Part shown: one piece after another, positions 39,407 through 49,193 of the stretch | Layout of the letters: the number at the start of each line of letters is the position of its first letter | Numbering within the stretch: position 1 is the first letter of the stretch | Origin: Candidatus Eiseniibacteriota bacterium | Lineage (GTDB): Bacteria > Eisenbacteria > RBG-16-71-46 | Assembly: GCA_044223005.1 (NCBI GenBank) | Contig: JBGAML010000013.1 | Coordinates: forward strand, 64,001-128,000 | DNA: 64,000 bases | Direction of reading: 5' to 3' | Notes under the pieces: generated by a model | Told to the model about the DNA's origin: nothing | Databases searched by the model: none | What the model saw: only the letters and a program-made list of their open reading frames with translations | Program-made: the position numbers and the translations under genes

Positions 39407-40171
39407 ATGATCCTCTGGTGCGACGGCGGTCACGGCGCGCGGCTCAACATGGAGCGCGACGCCGCGCTGCTGGACGCGGTCGCGTCGGGGCGGCGGAGCG
39501 AGCCGGTGCTGCGGCTCTTCGCGTTCCGTCCCGCGGGCGTGACGCTGGGCCGGGCCCAGGATCCCGAGCGCGAACTCGACCTGGACGCCCTCGCCGCCGA
39601 CGGCATCGAGTGGGCCGTGCGCCCGACCGGGGGCCGAGCGATCTTCCACGACGCCGAATGGACGTTCTCGCAAGCGCTGCCGCTCGCGGACGGTGCGGGC
39701 GCCGCCGAGACCGCGGCCGCGTACGCCCGCACGGGAGCGTGGCTCGCGGCGGCGCTCGGCGCGCTCGGCGTGCCCGCGACGCTCGCGCCCGGTTCGCCGC
39801 GGGGCGTCGGCGCGCCGCGCGGACACGGCGGCCCCGCGGCGCCGTGCTTCGCGTCGACGGCGCGGCACGAACTCGTGCTCGGCGGGCGCAAGCTCGCCGG
39901 AATCGCCCAGCGCCACGTGCGCGGCGCCCTGCTCCAACAGGGCAGCCTGCTGCTGGGGCCGACGCACCTGCGGCTGGCCGACTACCTCCGGCTCGATCCC
40001 GCGAGCCGCGATGCCGCGCGTTCGGCTCTCGCGGAGGCGGCCACCGACATGAACGCTCACCTGCCGCCGGACGCGGCACTCGAGCGGCTGGCCGATGCCC
40101 TCGCGGCGACGGGCGCGGTCTCGCGGCGGCTGGACGGCGAGGGAGGGGCACGCGCACTCGGGCTCGCATGA
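39407..40171 (+). CDS. Lipoate-protein ligase / octanoyltransferase (LplA/LipM-like catalytic domain only)
   Basis: NMERDAALL, VRPTGGRAIFH, PCF, GRKLAGIAQ, LQQGSL. Confidence 0.85.
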   Translation: MILWCDGGHGARLNMERDAALLDAVASGRRSEPVLRLFAFRPAGVTLGRAQDPERELDLDALAADGIEWAVRPTGGRAIFHDAEWTFSQALPLADGAGAAETAAAYARTGAWLAAALGALGVPATLAPGSPRGVGAPRGHGGPAAPCFASTARHELVLGGRKLAGIAQRHVRGALLQQGSLLLGPTHLRLADYLRLDPASRDAARSALAEAATDMNAHLPPDAALERLADALAATGAVSRRLDGEGGARALGLA

Positions 40172-40181
40172 CGCGCGGGCG

Positions 40182-40210
40182 TTGCCCGGCCGGTTCGACG
40201 TTCCTATACT
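40182..40210 (+). promoter_or_regulatory. Putative sigma70 promoter of the peptide ABC operon
   Basis: TTGCCC-17-TATACT. Confidence 0.65.
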
Positions 40211-40253
40211 GCGGCGATCCGGGCGCGAGGCCGCCGGTCCATCGGGAGGTGAC

Positions 40254-42095
40254 GTGACGCGATTCGTGAAGCATCGGGGGTTCGCGGTGCTGGCGGCATG
40301 CCTGCTCGTGGGGTCGGCCGGCTGTGGCGGTTCGCGCGGGACGACGTCCGGGCGCGTGGACCACCACCCGCTGCCCGTGGACACGCTGACGGTCCGCATG
40401 GACGAGCTCGGCGAGTTCGGTGGGCGATTCGTGGTCGGTGCGACGGCGAGCCCCAAGACGTTCAACGCGCTGATCGCGAACGAGCAGCCCTCCAACGACG
40501 TCTGCAACCTGATCTTCGAGTCGCTCACGGGCACCGACAACGTCACGCAGCAGGACACGCCCGCGCTGGCGCGGTCGTGGGAGTGGAGCGCCGACGGGCG
40601 CACGGTGACCTACCTGCTCCGGCGGGGCCTGCGCTTCTCCGACGGCCACCCGCTCACGACCGAGGACGTGAAGTTCAGCTTCGACGTCGCGCTCGACGAC
40701 TCGCTGCCGACGGTGGGCAAGGACGGCCTGAGCTATGTCGATCCGGAGACGCACGAGTCGGTGCGCTTCCAGTATCAGGTGCTCGATTCGCTTCGCTTCT
40801 CGGTCACCTCGCCGCGGCCCTACGCGATGATGCTGTCCGCGGTCGGCTCCGTGCGGATCCTGCCGAAGCACAAGCTCGAGGCGGCCTGGAAGGCGGGCCG
40901 GTACGCGGAGATGTACGGGATCTCCACGCCACCGGCGGAAGTCGTGGGTAGCGGGCCGTGGCGGCTCGCGGAGTTCGTGCCCGACCAGAAGGTGGTGCTC
41001 GAGCCCAATCCGTGGTGGTACGGCGTCGACGCGAAGGGCCGGCGGCTGCCGTACCTCGACCAGGTCGTGTTCCTGATCGCGCGCGACCAGAACGTCGCGG
41101 CGATGAAGTTCCACGCCGGCGAGCTCGACGCGCTCGACAACGTGCGGCCCGAGGACTACCGCGGCTACCAGGAGGCCAAGGCGAAGGAGAAGTACACGGT
41201 CTACGAGATCGGCCCTTCGCTGAACACCAACTTCTTCTGGTTCAACTTGAACCGGGCGCAAGTCAGATCCGCCAGCGTGCGGGCGGGCGAGCCCGTGGTC
41301 GGGCGCGTCAAGTACGCGTGGTTCGGCAACCCGGTGTTCCGGCGCGCCGTGTCGCTGGCGATCGACCGCGAAGCGATCATCCGCGGTCCGTTCCGTGGCT
41401 ATGCGATCAAGAACTGGCAGTTGCTGACGCGCGGCAACGTGGCCTGGCACGACACGACGATCGCCGCGCTCGACTACGACCCCGAAGGGGCGAAGAAGCT
41501 GCTCGCGGGCCTCGGCATGCGCGACCGCAACGGGGACGGGGTGCTCGAGGACGCGGGCGGTCACCCGGTCGAGTTCTCGCTCATGACCAACGCCGACAAC
41601 ACCGTCCGGCGGGACATGATGACGCTCATCGCCGATGATCTCGCCAAGGTCGGCATCCGGGTCCTGCCGGCGCCGCTCGAGATGTCGACGGTCGTGGGCC
41701 ACATCCGGTCCGACCTGCAGTACGACGCCTGCCTCCTCGGGCTGGGCTCGGCGACGCCGCCGGACCCGGGCATGTACCCGAACGTGATCAAGTCGACCGG
41801 GCTCACGCACTACTGGCACGTCCGCCAGGACCAGCCCGAGACGCCGGCCGAGGCGGAACTCGACGCGCTCTTCGATCGCAACGTCTACACCGCGGATCCG
41901 GAGATCCGCCGCCGGACCTACCACGACATCGCGACGATCATGAACGAGCAGGCGTTCTTCGTCTGGCTGCCGACGCAGATCGTGCAGCTGCCGGTGCGAT
42001 CGCGATTCGGGAACGTGCACCCGACGCCCGTGCCGCCGCGGATCCTGTGGAACATCGAGCGGGTGTTCGTGAAGCACGGGGCGGGAGCGAGCTGA
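40254..42095 (+). CDS. Peptide/nickel ABC substrate-binding lipoprotein (family 5)
   Basis: GGGAGGT SD, lipobox SAGC, LARSWE, FSDGHPLTTEDVKFS, DRNGDGVLED. Confidence 0.92.
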   Translation: MTRFVKHRGFAVLAACLLVGSAGCGGSRGTTSGRVDHHPLPVDTLTVRMDELGEFGGRFVVGATASPKTFNALIANEQPSNDVCNLIFESLTGTDNVTQQDTPALARSWEWSADGRTVTYLLRRGLRFSDGHPLTTEDVKFSFDVALDDSLPTVGKDGLSYVDPETHESVRFQYQVLDSLRFSVTSPRPYAMMLSAVGSVRILPKHKLEAAWKAGRYAEMYGISTPPAEVVGSGPWRLAEFVPDQKVVLEPNPWWYGVDAKGRRLPYLDQVVFLIARDQNVAAMKFHAGELDALDNVRPEDYRGYQEAKAKEKYTVYEIGPSLNTNFFWFNLNRAQVRSASVRAGEPVVGRVKYAWFGNPVFRRAVSLAIDREAIIRGPFRGYAIKNWQLLTRGNVAWHDTTIAALDYDPEGAKKLLAGLGMRDRNGDGVLEDAGGHPVEFSLMTNADNTVRRDMMTLIADDLAKVGIRVLPAPLEMSTVVGHIRSDLQYDACLLGLGSATPPDPGMYPNVIKSTGLTHYWHVRQDQPETPAEAELDALFDRNVYTADPEIRRRTYHDIATIMNEQAFFVWLPTQIVQLPVRSRFGNVHPTPVPPRILWNIERVFVKHGAGAS

Positions 42096-42105
42096 GCCGC
42101 GATCC

Positions 42106-43074
42106 ATGCGGACCTACGTCCTCCGCCGCCTGCTGCAGGTCGTGCCGCTGCTGCTCGGGATCTCCGCGCTCACGTTCCTGCTCCTGAAGCTCGCGCCCGG
42201 GGACTTCACCTCGGCCTTCGCCGAGAATCCGCAGGTCTCCGCCGAGACGCTCGCGCGGATGCGGCATCAGTTCGGGCTCGACCAGCCGGCGTGGGTGCAG
42301 TACCTGCTCTACCTGCGCAACGTGGCGACGCGGCTCGATTTCGGGCAATCGTTCACCTACCACCAGCCGGTCGCGACGGTGCTGTTCGCGCGGCTGGGCA
42401 ACACGCTGCTCCTCGCGGCGGCGGGCGCGCTCGTCACGTGGGGCCTCGCCGTCCCGCTCGGTGTGGTGGCCGCGGCGCGCTCGGGCTCGTGGATCGATCG
42501 CGTGCTCTCGCTGTTCGCGTTCGCCGGGCTGTCGGTGCCGGAGGTGCTCTCGGGCCTGCTGCTGCTCTGGTTCGCCGCCAACACGCACCTGTTCCCGGTC
42601 GGCGGCATGCACGGTCTCGACGCCGCGGACGCGGGGCCGTGGGGCCGCTTCCTCGACCTGCTGCGCCACCTCGTGCTGCCCGCACTGGTCGTGGGCACCG
42701 TGCCGCTCGCGAGCCGCATGCGCCAGATGCGCAGCAGCCTGCTCGACGTCCTCGGCGCGGACTACGTGGTGACCGCGCGCGCCAAGGGGCTCCCCGAATC
42801 CGCGGTGGTGGTGCGCCACGCGCTGCGCAACGCACTCAACCCGATGATCACGCTGTTCGGCTTCACGCTCGGCTCGCTCGTCTCGGGCGCGTTCGTCGCG
42901 GAGTACATCTTCAGCTGGCCGGGCCTGGGCACCATCACGCTCGAGGCCATCCAGCGCCAGGACCAGTACCTCGTGCTCGGCGCGGTGATGCTCTCGGCCA
43001 CCGTGCTCGTGCTCGGGAACCTCGTCGCCGACCTGCTCCTCGCGGTCGCCGACCCGCGGATCGTCCATGGCTGA
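42106..43074 (+). CDS. Peptide ABC permease (OppB/DppB-like)
   Basis: YVLRRLL, DYVVTARAKGL, HALRNAL. Confidence 0.93.
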   Translation: MRTYVLRRLLQVVPLLLGISALTFLLLKLAPGDFTSAFAENPQVSAETLARMRHQFGLDQPAWVQYLLYLRNVATRLDFGQSFTYHQPVATVLFARLGNTLLLAAAGALVTWGLAVPLGVVAAARSGSWIDRVLSLFAFAGLSVPEVLSGLLLLWFAANTHLFPVGGMHGLDAADAGPWGRFLDLLRHLVLPALVVGTVPLASRMRQMRSSLLDVLGADYVVTARAKGLPESAVVVRHALRNALNPMITLFGFTLGSLVSGAFVAEYIFSWPGLGTITLEAIQRQDQYLVLGAVMLSATVLVLGNLVADLLLAVADPRIVHG

Positions 43075-44155
43075 CCCGGCGCCTTCCGCGGCGCGCCGGG
43101 CCTGGCGCGCCCTGGCGGCGAACCGTGCCGCGACGGCGGGCGCGTGGCTGCTCGCGCTCTTCTACGCCGCGGCGCTGCTCGCACCGTTCCTCGCGCCCTA
43201 CGCCGAGAACGACGTCGATCGCGGTCGCTTCTTCCATCCGCCGACCCCGCTCCATTGGATCGGCGCGGACGGGCGCTTCGGCCCGTGCGTGCGCGCGACG
43301 TTCGTCGCGGACCCGCTGACGCTGCGCTACGCCGAGGACCCCGGGACGACGGCGCGCGTGCGCTGGTTCGTGCGCGGCGCGCCCTACCGGCTGTTCGGTG
43401 TGCTGCCGTCGGACCGGCACCTCTTCGGGGTCGATGCGCCCGCGCGGATCTACCTGCTGGGTGCGGATCCCCTCGGGCGCGACGAGCTGACGCGGCTGCT
43501 CTTCGGGGCGCAGGTCTCGCTCACCGTCGGCCTCGTGGGCATCGCCGTGTCGTTCGTGCTCGGGTTGCTGCTCGGCGGGCTCGCGGGCTACCTCGGCGGC
43601 GTGGCGGACACGCTCGTCATGCGCAGCACCGAGGTGCTGCTCAGCGTGCCGGCGCTCTACCTGATCCTCGCGCTGCGGGGCGCCTTCCCGCTCGACCTGC
43701 CCAGCCGCCAGGTTTATCTCGCGATCGTGGCGATCCTCGCGCTCTTCGGATGGGCGGCCCTGGGGCGCGTCGTGCGGGGGATGGTGCTGTCGATCCGGCG
43801 CCAGGACTACGTGCTCGCGGCCGAGGCGCTCGGCATGAGCCGCTGGCGGGTGCTCCGGCGCCACATCCTGCCCAACACGTTTTCGTTCGTGATCGTCGCC
43901 GCCACCGTCGCCGTACCGGGCTACGTGCTGGGCGAGGTGTTCCTGTCGTTCCTCGGCATGGGCGTGCAGGAGCCGTCGGCGTCGTGGGGCAACATGCTGC
44001 AGCAGGCGCGCAACACCGACGTGCTGACGCACTATCCGTGGATGCTCTTCGGGCCGGCGATCGCGATCTTCCTCACGGTGCTGGCGTTCAACTTCCTCGG
44101 CGACGGGCTGCGCGACGCGCTGGACCCGCGCCGGACCGGTGGAGGCCGCGCGTGA
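43067..44155 (+). CDS. Peptide ABC permease (OppC/DppC-like)
   Basis: [34 protein letters not shown]. Confidence 0.93.
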   Translation: MADPAPSAARRAWRALAANRAATAGAWLLALFYAAALLAPFLAPYAENDVDRGRFFHPPTPLHWIGADGRFGPCVRATFVADPLTLRYAEDPGTTARVRWFVRGAPYRLFGVLPSDRHLFGVDAPARIYLLGADPLGRDELTRLLFGAQVSLTVGLVGIAVSFVLGLLLGGLAGYLGGVADTLVMRSTEVLLSVPALYLILALRGAFPLDLPSRQVYLAIVAILALFGWAALGRVVRGMVLSIRRQDYVLAAEALGMSRWRVLRRHILPNTFSFVIVAATVAVPGYVLGEVFLSFLGMGVQEPSASWGNMLQQARNTDVLTHYPWMLFGPAIAIFLTVLAFNFLGDGLRDALDPRRTGGGRA

Positions 44156-45165
44156 GCGACACGCTGCTCGAGGTGCGCGATCTGCGCACGGAGTTCCGGA
44201 CCGAGGCGGGGCTCGTCGCCGCGGTGGACGGCGTCTCGCTGGACGTCGCGGCGGGAGAGACGCTCGCGGTCGTCGGTGAGTCGGGCAGCGGCAAGAGCGT
44301 CACCGCGCTCTCGATCCTGCGGCTCGTCGCACCGCCCGGCCGCATCGTTCGCGGCGCCGTGCGCTTCCGGGGCCGCGACCTGCTCGGGCTGCCCGAGCGC
44401 GAGATGCGCCGCGTCCGCGGCCGCGAGATCTCGATGATCTTCCAGGAGCCCATGACGTCGCTCAACCCGGTGCACACGTGCGGCGACCAGGTCGCCGAGG
44501 TGCTCGAACTGCACGAGGGCCTCGGGCGCGCTGCGGCGCGGGCGCGAGCGGTGGCGCTGCTCGAGCAGGTGGGTATCCCCGATCCGGCGGCGCGGGCGCG
44601 CGACTATCCGCACCAGCTCTCGGGCGGGCAGCGCCAGCGCGTCATGATCGCCATGGCACTCGCGTGCCGTCCCGCGCTGCTCATCGCGGACGAGCCGACG
44701 ACCGCGCTCGACGTGACGATCCAGGCGCAGATCCTCGAACTGCTGGACCGCCTGCGGCGCGAGTTGGGCATGGCCGTGCTTCTCATCACCCACGACCTCG
44801 GCGTCGTCGCCGAGAGCGCCGACCGGATGGCCGTGCTGTACGCCGGTCAGGTCGTCGAAGCGGGTGACGTGGCCGCGGTGTTCACCTCGCCGCGGCATCC
44901 GTACACGGCCGGCCTGCTCGCCTCGCGCCCGGTGGCGGGCGTCGCGCGCGAGCGCCTGAGCGCGATCCCCGGCGGCGTGCCCGATCCACTCGCGTTCCCC
45001 GCCGGCTGCCGCTTCCATCCGCGCTGCCCGCTCGCGCAGGACCGCTGCCGGCGCGAACCGCCCGCGCTCGTCGCGGAGGGGGGAGGGCGCGCGGCACGCT
45101 GCTGGCGCTCGGACGAACTCGCCGCGGGGACCGCAGTCCCCGCGTGGGAGGAGGCCGGACGATGA
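44152..45165 (+). CDS. Peptide ABC ATP-binding protein (OppD/DppD-like)
   Basis: [34 protein letters not shown] overlap. Confidence 0.93.
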   Translation: MSDTLLEVRDLRTEFRTEAGLVAAVDGVSLDVAAGETLAVVGESGSGKSVTALSILRLVAPPGRIVRGAVRFRGRDLLGLPEREMRRVRGREISMIFQEPMTSLNPVHTCGDQVAEVLELHEGLGRAAARARAVALLEQVGIPDPAARARDYPHQLSGGQRQRVMIAMALACRPALLIADEPTTALDVTIQAQILELLDRLRRELGMAVLLITHDLGVVAESADRMAVLYAGQVVEAGDVAAVFTSPRHPYTAGLLASRPVAGVARERLSAIPGGVPDPLAFPAGCRFHPRCPLAQDRCRREPPALVAEGGGRAARCWRSDELAAGTAVPAWEEAGR

Positions 45166-46142
45166 GCGCGCCGCTGCTGCAGGTTCGCGACCTCGTGAAG
45201 CGATTCCCCGTGCGCGGCGGCCTGTTCGGCCGCGTGACCGGCGAGGTGCGCGCCGTGGACGGAGTCTCGTTCGACGTCGGCGAAGGCGAGACGCTCGGAC
45301 TGGTGGGCGAGAGCGGCTGCGGCAAGACCACCACGGGCCGCTCGATCCTGCGGCTCGTCGAACCGACGTCGGGGCAGGTCACCTTCGCGGGCGAGGACGT
45401 GCGCGCCGCGCGGCCACGCGCGCTGCGGGCCCTGCGGCGGCGCATGCAGGTCGTCTTCCAGGATCCCTACTCGAGCCTCAACCCGCGCCTCACCGTGGGC
45501 AGCATGCTGGGCGAGGCGCTCGAGATCCACGGCATCGCGCGCGGCGCGGCGGCGCGCGAGCGCATCGCGCGGCTGCTGCTCGACGTCGGACTGCTGCCGG
45601 AACACTCGGCGCGCTACCCGCACGAGTTCTCGGGCGGCCAGCGGCAGCGGATCGGCATCGCGCGGGCGCTCGCGGTCGAGCCGCGGTTCGTCGTGCTCGA
45701 CGAACCGGTGAGCGCGCTGGACGTCTCGATCCAGGCGCAGATCGTGAACCTGCTCCGCGACCTCCAGCGCCGCCACGGGCTCGCCTACCTGTTCGTGGCC
45801 CACGATCTCGCGGTCGTCGAGCACGTGAGCGACCGGGTCGCGGTCATGTACCTCGGGCGCATCGTCGAACACGCCCCGAAGGCGGCGCTGTACGCCGCGG
45901 CCCGGCACCCCTACACGCAGGCGCTGCTGGCCGCGATCCCGGTCGCCGACCCGGCCCGGCGGGGGAGCCGGAGCCTGCCGCAGGGTGACGTGCCCAGTCC
46001 GGCGCGGCCGCCGTCCGGCTGCCACTTCCATCCGCGCTGCCCCCTCGCCGTGCGCTGCGGCGGGCTCGAGCGCTGCCGGAGCGAGGTACCGGTCCTGCGC
46101 GAAGTGGCTCCGGGCCACTCCGTGGCCTGCCACTTCGCCTGA
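45162..46142 (+). CDS. Peptide ABC ATP-binding protein (OppF/DppF-like)
   Basis: [33 protein letters not shown]. Confidence 0.93.
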   Translation: MSAPLLQVRDLVKRFPVRGGLFGRVTGEVRAVDGVSFDVGEGETLGLVGESGCGKTTTGRSILRLVEPTSGQVTFAGEDVRAARPRALRALRRRMQVVFQDPYSSLNPRLTVGSMLGEALEIHGIARGAAARERIARLLLDVGLLPEHSARYPHEFSGGQRQRIGIARALAVEPRFVVLDEPVSALDVSIQAQIVNLLRDLQRRHGLAYLFVAHDLAVVEHVSDRVAVMYLGRIVEHAPKAALYAAARHPYTQALLAAIPVADPARRGSRSLPQGDVPSPARPPSGCHFHPRCPLAVRCGGLERCRSEVPVLREVAPGHSVACHFA

Positions 46143-46450
46143 TCGCACCCGCGGGCGGGTGAACCGACCCGCGGCGCGCGCGAAAGCCCCCAGCCGGAGG
46201 CGCGGCGCTGCGGCGTCCCGCCCGGTCCGCAACGGGTGCGCGGGCGGGACGCAATGCCCACCCCCCGGCGAGCGCCCCGGAATCCGCACGAATTCGCGTT
46301 CCGGTGACGCATTCGCACGCACCTACGGGTGGCGCTCCCGCGCGCCGGCTCTCGGCATCGCCCTTGCGATACCTCTCCGTCGACGATGCGCCGAGGCGAA
46401 CGCGGAGCCCGATGGGGCGAACGATCGCGCGAGGCCACACAACCGAATAC

Positions 46451-46628
46451 GAAGTGCTCCCTGTGCCTCTCGTGCTTGGCTGTCTGTGGGCTGATCCCCC
46501 TATCGCGAGCGAAGGAGTCTATCGGACCGGCACACGGTGGTTGCGGGGAGCTTCATAGAAGGGCCCTGTTGTCCGGCGCCCATGGCCTCCGTGCTCGACT
46601 CACGCGACCGTGACCCAGGGCCCATGAA
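46451..46628 (+). ncRNA. Candidate structured non-coding RNA, family unassigned
   Basis: Lower-GC patch in a ~680-bp intergenic gap. Rod-like fold 46451-46554 with many G-U pairs on the + strand, plus a second stem GGGCCCTG/CAGGGCCC. Confidence 0.4.
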
Positions 46629-46733
46629 ATCCCCGATCGCCGTGGCGTTCCCGCCACGGCGATCGTCGTTTACCCGCCGCGCACCCACCGCCGCCCCGTC
46701 CCGCGTGCGCCCGAAGGACCACTGCCCGGGTCG

Positions 46734-46762
46734 TTGACCCCGCTCCCGCATGCTGTTAGCGT
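46734..46762 (+). promoter_or_regulatory. Putative sigma70 promoter of the BMC operon
   Basis: TTGACC-17-TAGCGT with extended -10 TG. Confidence 0.6.
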
Positions 46763-46819
46763 GCGTTGCCGTTGTCGGAAGCGAAGTCTCGTGCGGTCCG
46801 GAGAAGGGCGGGCGGTCCG

Positions 46820-47104
46820 ATGGAGCAGCGTACTCGGCAGTCACTCGGGCTCGTGGAAACGCGTGGCTGGGTGGCGGCCGTGGAAGCCGCCGACGCGATG
46901 GCGAAAGCCGCGCGCGTCGAAATCGGGCGCGTCGACGTCACCCGGGACAGCCGCGTGACGATCGTCGTCCGCGGTCCGCTCGCCGAAGTCGAGGCGGCGG
47001 TCGCCGCCGGCGAATCGGCCGCGGCCCGCGTCGGGACGCTGTTGCGCGGACACGTGATCCCTTCGCCCGACCCGAACCTCGAATTCATGTTGCAGAGGGG
47101 ATGA
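46820..47104 (+). CDS. BMC-H shell hexamer protein (divergent pore loop)
   Basis: SLGLVETRG, EAADAMAKAA, VRG, HVIPSP. Confidence 0.9.
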   Translation: MEQRTRQSLGLVETRGWVAAVEAADAMAKAARVEIGRVDVTRDSRVTIVVRGPLAEVEAAVAAGESAAARVGTLLRGHVIPSPDPNLEFMLQRG

Positions 47105-47158
47105 CCCCGCGGGGCCGTCCCACGCTCGAACCCCACGCCGGTCCGGCGGGAGGATCCC

Positions 47159-47458
47159 ATGCAGGAAGAAGCCCTTGGCCTGATCGAGACGCGTGGCTTC
47201 GTCGCCATGGTGGAAGCGTCCGACGCGATGGTGAAGGCCGCGCGTGTGACGCTGGTGCACTACGAGAAGATCGGTGGCGGCTACGTGACGACCGTCGTCC
47301 GCGGTGACGTCGCGGCCGTGCGCGCCGCGACCGAAGCCGGTGCCGCCGCCGCCGCGAAGGTGGGCGAGGTGGTCTCGGTGCACGTCATCCCGCGTCCGCA
47401 CGGCCAGCTCGAGGACGCGCTGCCGATCCGCCGTCCCGAGCCCGCCGGCAAGAAGTAG
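47159..47458 (+). CDS. BMC-H shell hexamer protein (EutM/PduA-like)
   Basis: [21 protein letters not shown] pore loop, [22 protein letters not shown]. Confidence 0.95.
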   Translation: MQEEALGLIETRGFVAMVEASDAMVKAARVTLVHYEKIGGGYVTTVVRGDVAAVRAATEAGAAAAAKVGEVVSVHVIPRPHGQLEDALPIRRPEPAGKK

Positions 47459-47464
47459 CCCGAG

Positions 47465-47770
47465 ATGATCCTGGCCCAGGTGTTGGGCACCGTCGTCTCG
47501 ACGCGCAAGGACTCGGGGCTCTCGGGCCTCAAGCTCCTGCTCGCGCGCGAGGTCGACGGGGCGTTCAAGCCCGCGGGCAACTTCGTCGTCGCGGTGGATG
47601 CCGTCGGCGCGGGAACCGGCGAGATCGTCCTGATCGCCGCCGGTTCCTCGGCGCGGCTCACCGAGGTCACGAAGGATCGCCCGGTGGACCACGTCATCAG
47701 TGCCATCGTGGATGCCGTCGAGGTCGACGGCCGGGACGTGTACCTGAAGAGCGCCGGCCTGCCGGGATGA
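47465..47770 (+). CDS. BMC-P vertex pentamer (EutN/CcmL) 1
   Basis: MILAQVLGTVVSTRKD, VAVDAVGAGTGE, GSSAR, AIVD. Confidence 0.95.
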   Translation: MILAQVLGTVVSTRKDSGLSGLKLLLAREVDGAFKPAGNFVVAVDAVGAGTGEIVLIAAGSSARLTEVTKDRPVDHVISAIVDAVEVDGRDVYLKSAGLPG

Positions 47771-47777
47771 GGCGCGC

Positions 47778-49193
47778 ATGAGCATCGACCCCGCCCGTAT
47801 CCAGTCCATCGTCGCGGACGTGCTGGACCAGCTCGATCGCGGCCGGCCCGGCGAGGGCGCTTCGGCGCCGCTCGGCGTGCACGACACGCTCGATGCCGCC
47901 GTCGCCGCGGCGCGGAAGTCGTTCCAGGCGTTCCGGGACGTGCCGCTCGAGGTGCGCGGCCGCATCATCGCGAGCATCCGCTCGACCATGATGGGCCAGC
48001 TCGAGACGCTGGCGAAGGTCGCGGTCGACGAGACCGGCCTCGGCCGCATCGACGACAAGATCCTCAAGAACCAGCTGGTCGTCGAGAAGACGCCGGGCGT
48101 CGAGGACGTCGAGGCCGCGGTGTGGACGGGCGATCACGGGCTCACGCTGGTCGAGCGCGCGCCGTACGGCGTGATCGGCGTCATCACGCCGGTCACGAAT
48201 CCGTCGGACACGATCATCAACAACGGGATCGGCATGATCGCGGCGGGCAACACCGCCGTATTCTGCCCGCACCCGAGCGCGCGCAAGATCTCGACGCTGA
48301 CGATCGACCTCATCAACCGCGCCGCGCGCCGCGCGGGCGCGCCCGAGCCGCTGCTGCACTCGGTGGCCGAGCCGACCCTCGACGTCGCCAAGGCGCTGCT
48401 GCGCCACCCGGGCACGCGCCTCAACGTCGTGACGGGCGGCCCGGGCGTGGTGAAGGAGGCCATGGGCTCCGGCAAGAAGTCGATCTGCGCCGGACCCGGC
48501 AATCCGCCGTCGGTCGTCGACGAGACCGCCGACCTCGAACAGGCCGCGCGCGATCTCGTGATGGGCGCCTCGCTCGACAACAACATCATCTGCGTCGACG
48601 AGAAGGAGATCGTGTGCGTCTCGATCGTCGCGGACCGGCTCAAGGAGCTCATGAGCCGCGCCGGCGCGATCGTGCTGAGCCCCCACCAGGTCGAGCAGGT
48701 GCGCAAGCTGGTCATGGAGTACGAGAAGGGGCCGCGCAAGCACGGCGGCGTGAACAAGAAGTACGTCGGCAAGAACGTCGACGTGATCCTTCGCGACGCG
48801 GGCATCCCGTGCGATCCGTCCAAGCGGCTCGCGCTCTGCGAGGTCGACGGGGACCATCCGTTCCTCTGGACCGAGCTCATGATGCCCGTGCTGCCGCTGG
48901 TGCGCGTCCGCAACGCGGACGAGGGGATCGACTTCGCGGTCGAGGTCGAACACGGCTACCGGCACACCGCGTCCATGCATTCCCGCAACATCGACAAGCT
49001 CTCGAAGATGGCGCGCGCGATGGACTGCTCCATCTTCGTCAAGAACGGCCCGCACGCCTCCGGCCTCGGCTGGAACGGCGAGGGTCCCACCAGCTTCACG
49101 ATCGCGAGTCCCACGGGCGAAGGCATGACCACCGCGCGCAGCTTCACGCGGCTGCGGCGCTGCACGCTCAAGGACCGCTTCCGGATCGTATGA
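47778..49193 (+). CDS. CoA-acylating aldehyde dehydrogenase (EutE/PduP-like) with an N-terminal encapsulation peptide
   Basis: IQSIVADVLDQL amphipathic helix; PYGVIGVITPVTNP; GPGNPP; DNNIICVDEK catalytic Cys; FTIASPTGEG; FTRLRRC. Confidence 0.93.
   Translation: MSIDPARIQSIVADVLDQLDRGRPGEGASAPLGVHDTLDAAVAAARKSFQAFRDVPLEVRGRIIASIRSTMMGQLETLAKVAVDETGLGRIDDKILKNQLVVEKTPGVEDVEAAVWTGDHGLTLVERAPYGVIGVITPVTNPSDTIINNGIGMIAAGNTAVFCPHPSARKISTLTIDLINRAARRAGAPEPLLHSVAEPTLDVAKALLRHPGTRLNVVTGGPGVVKEAMGSGKKSICAGPGNPPSVVDETADLEQAARDLVMGASLDNNIICVDEKEIVCVSIVADRLKELMSRAGAIVLSPHQVEQVRKLVMEYEKGPRKHGGVNKKYVGKNVDVILRDAGIPCDPSKRLALCEVDGDHPFLWTELMMPVLPLVRVRNADEGIDFAVEVEHGYRHTASMHSRNIDKLSKMARAMDCSIFVKNGPHASGLGWNGEGPTSFTIASPTGEGMTTARSFTRLRRCTLKDRFRIV

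Noticed and set aside
46143..46819. Short ORFs in the intergenic gap before the BMC genes
   Set aside because: No SD, atypical codon usage and no motifs; better explained as non-coding
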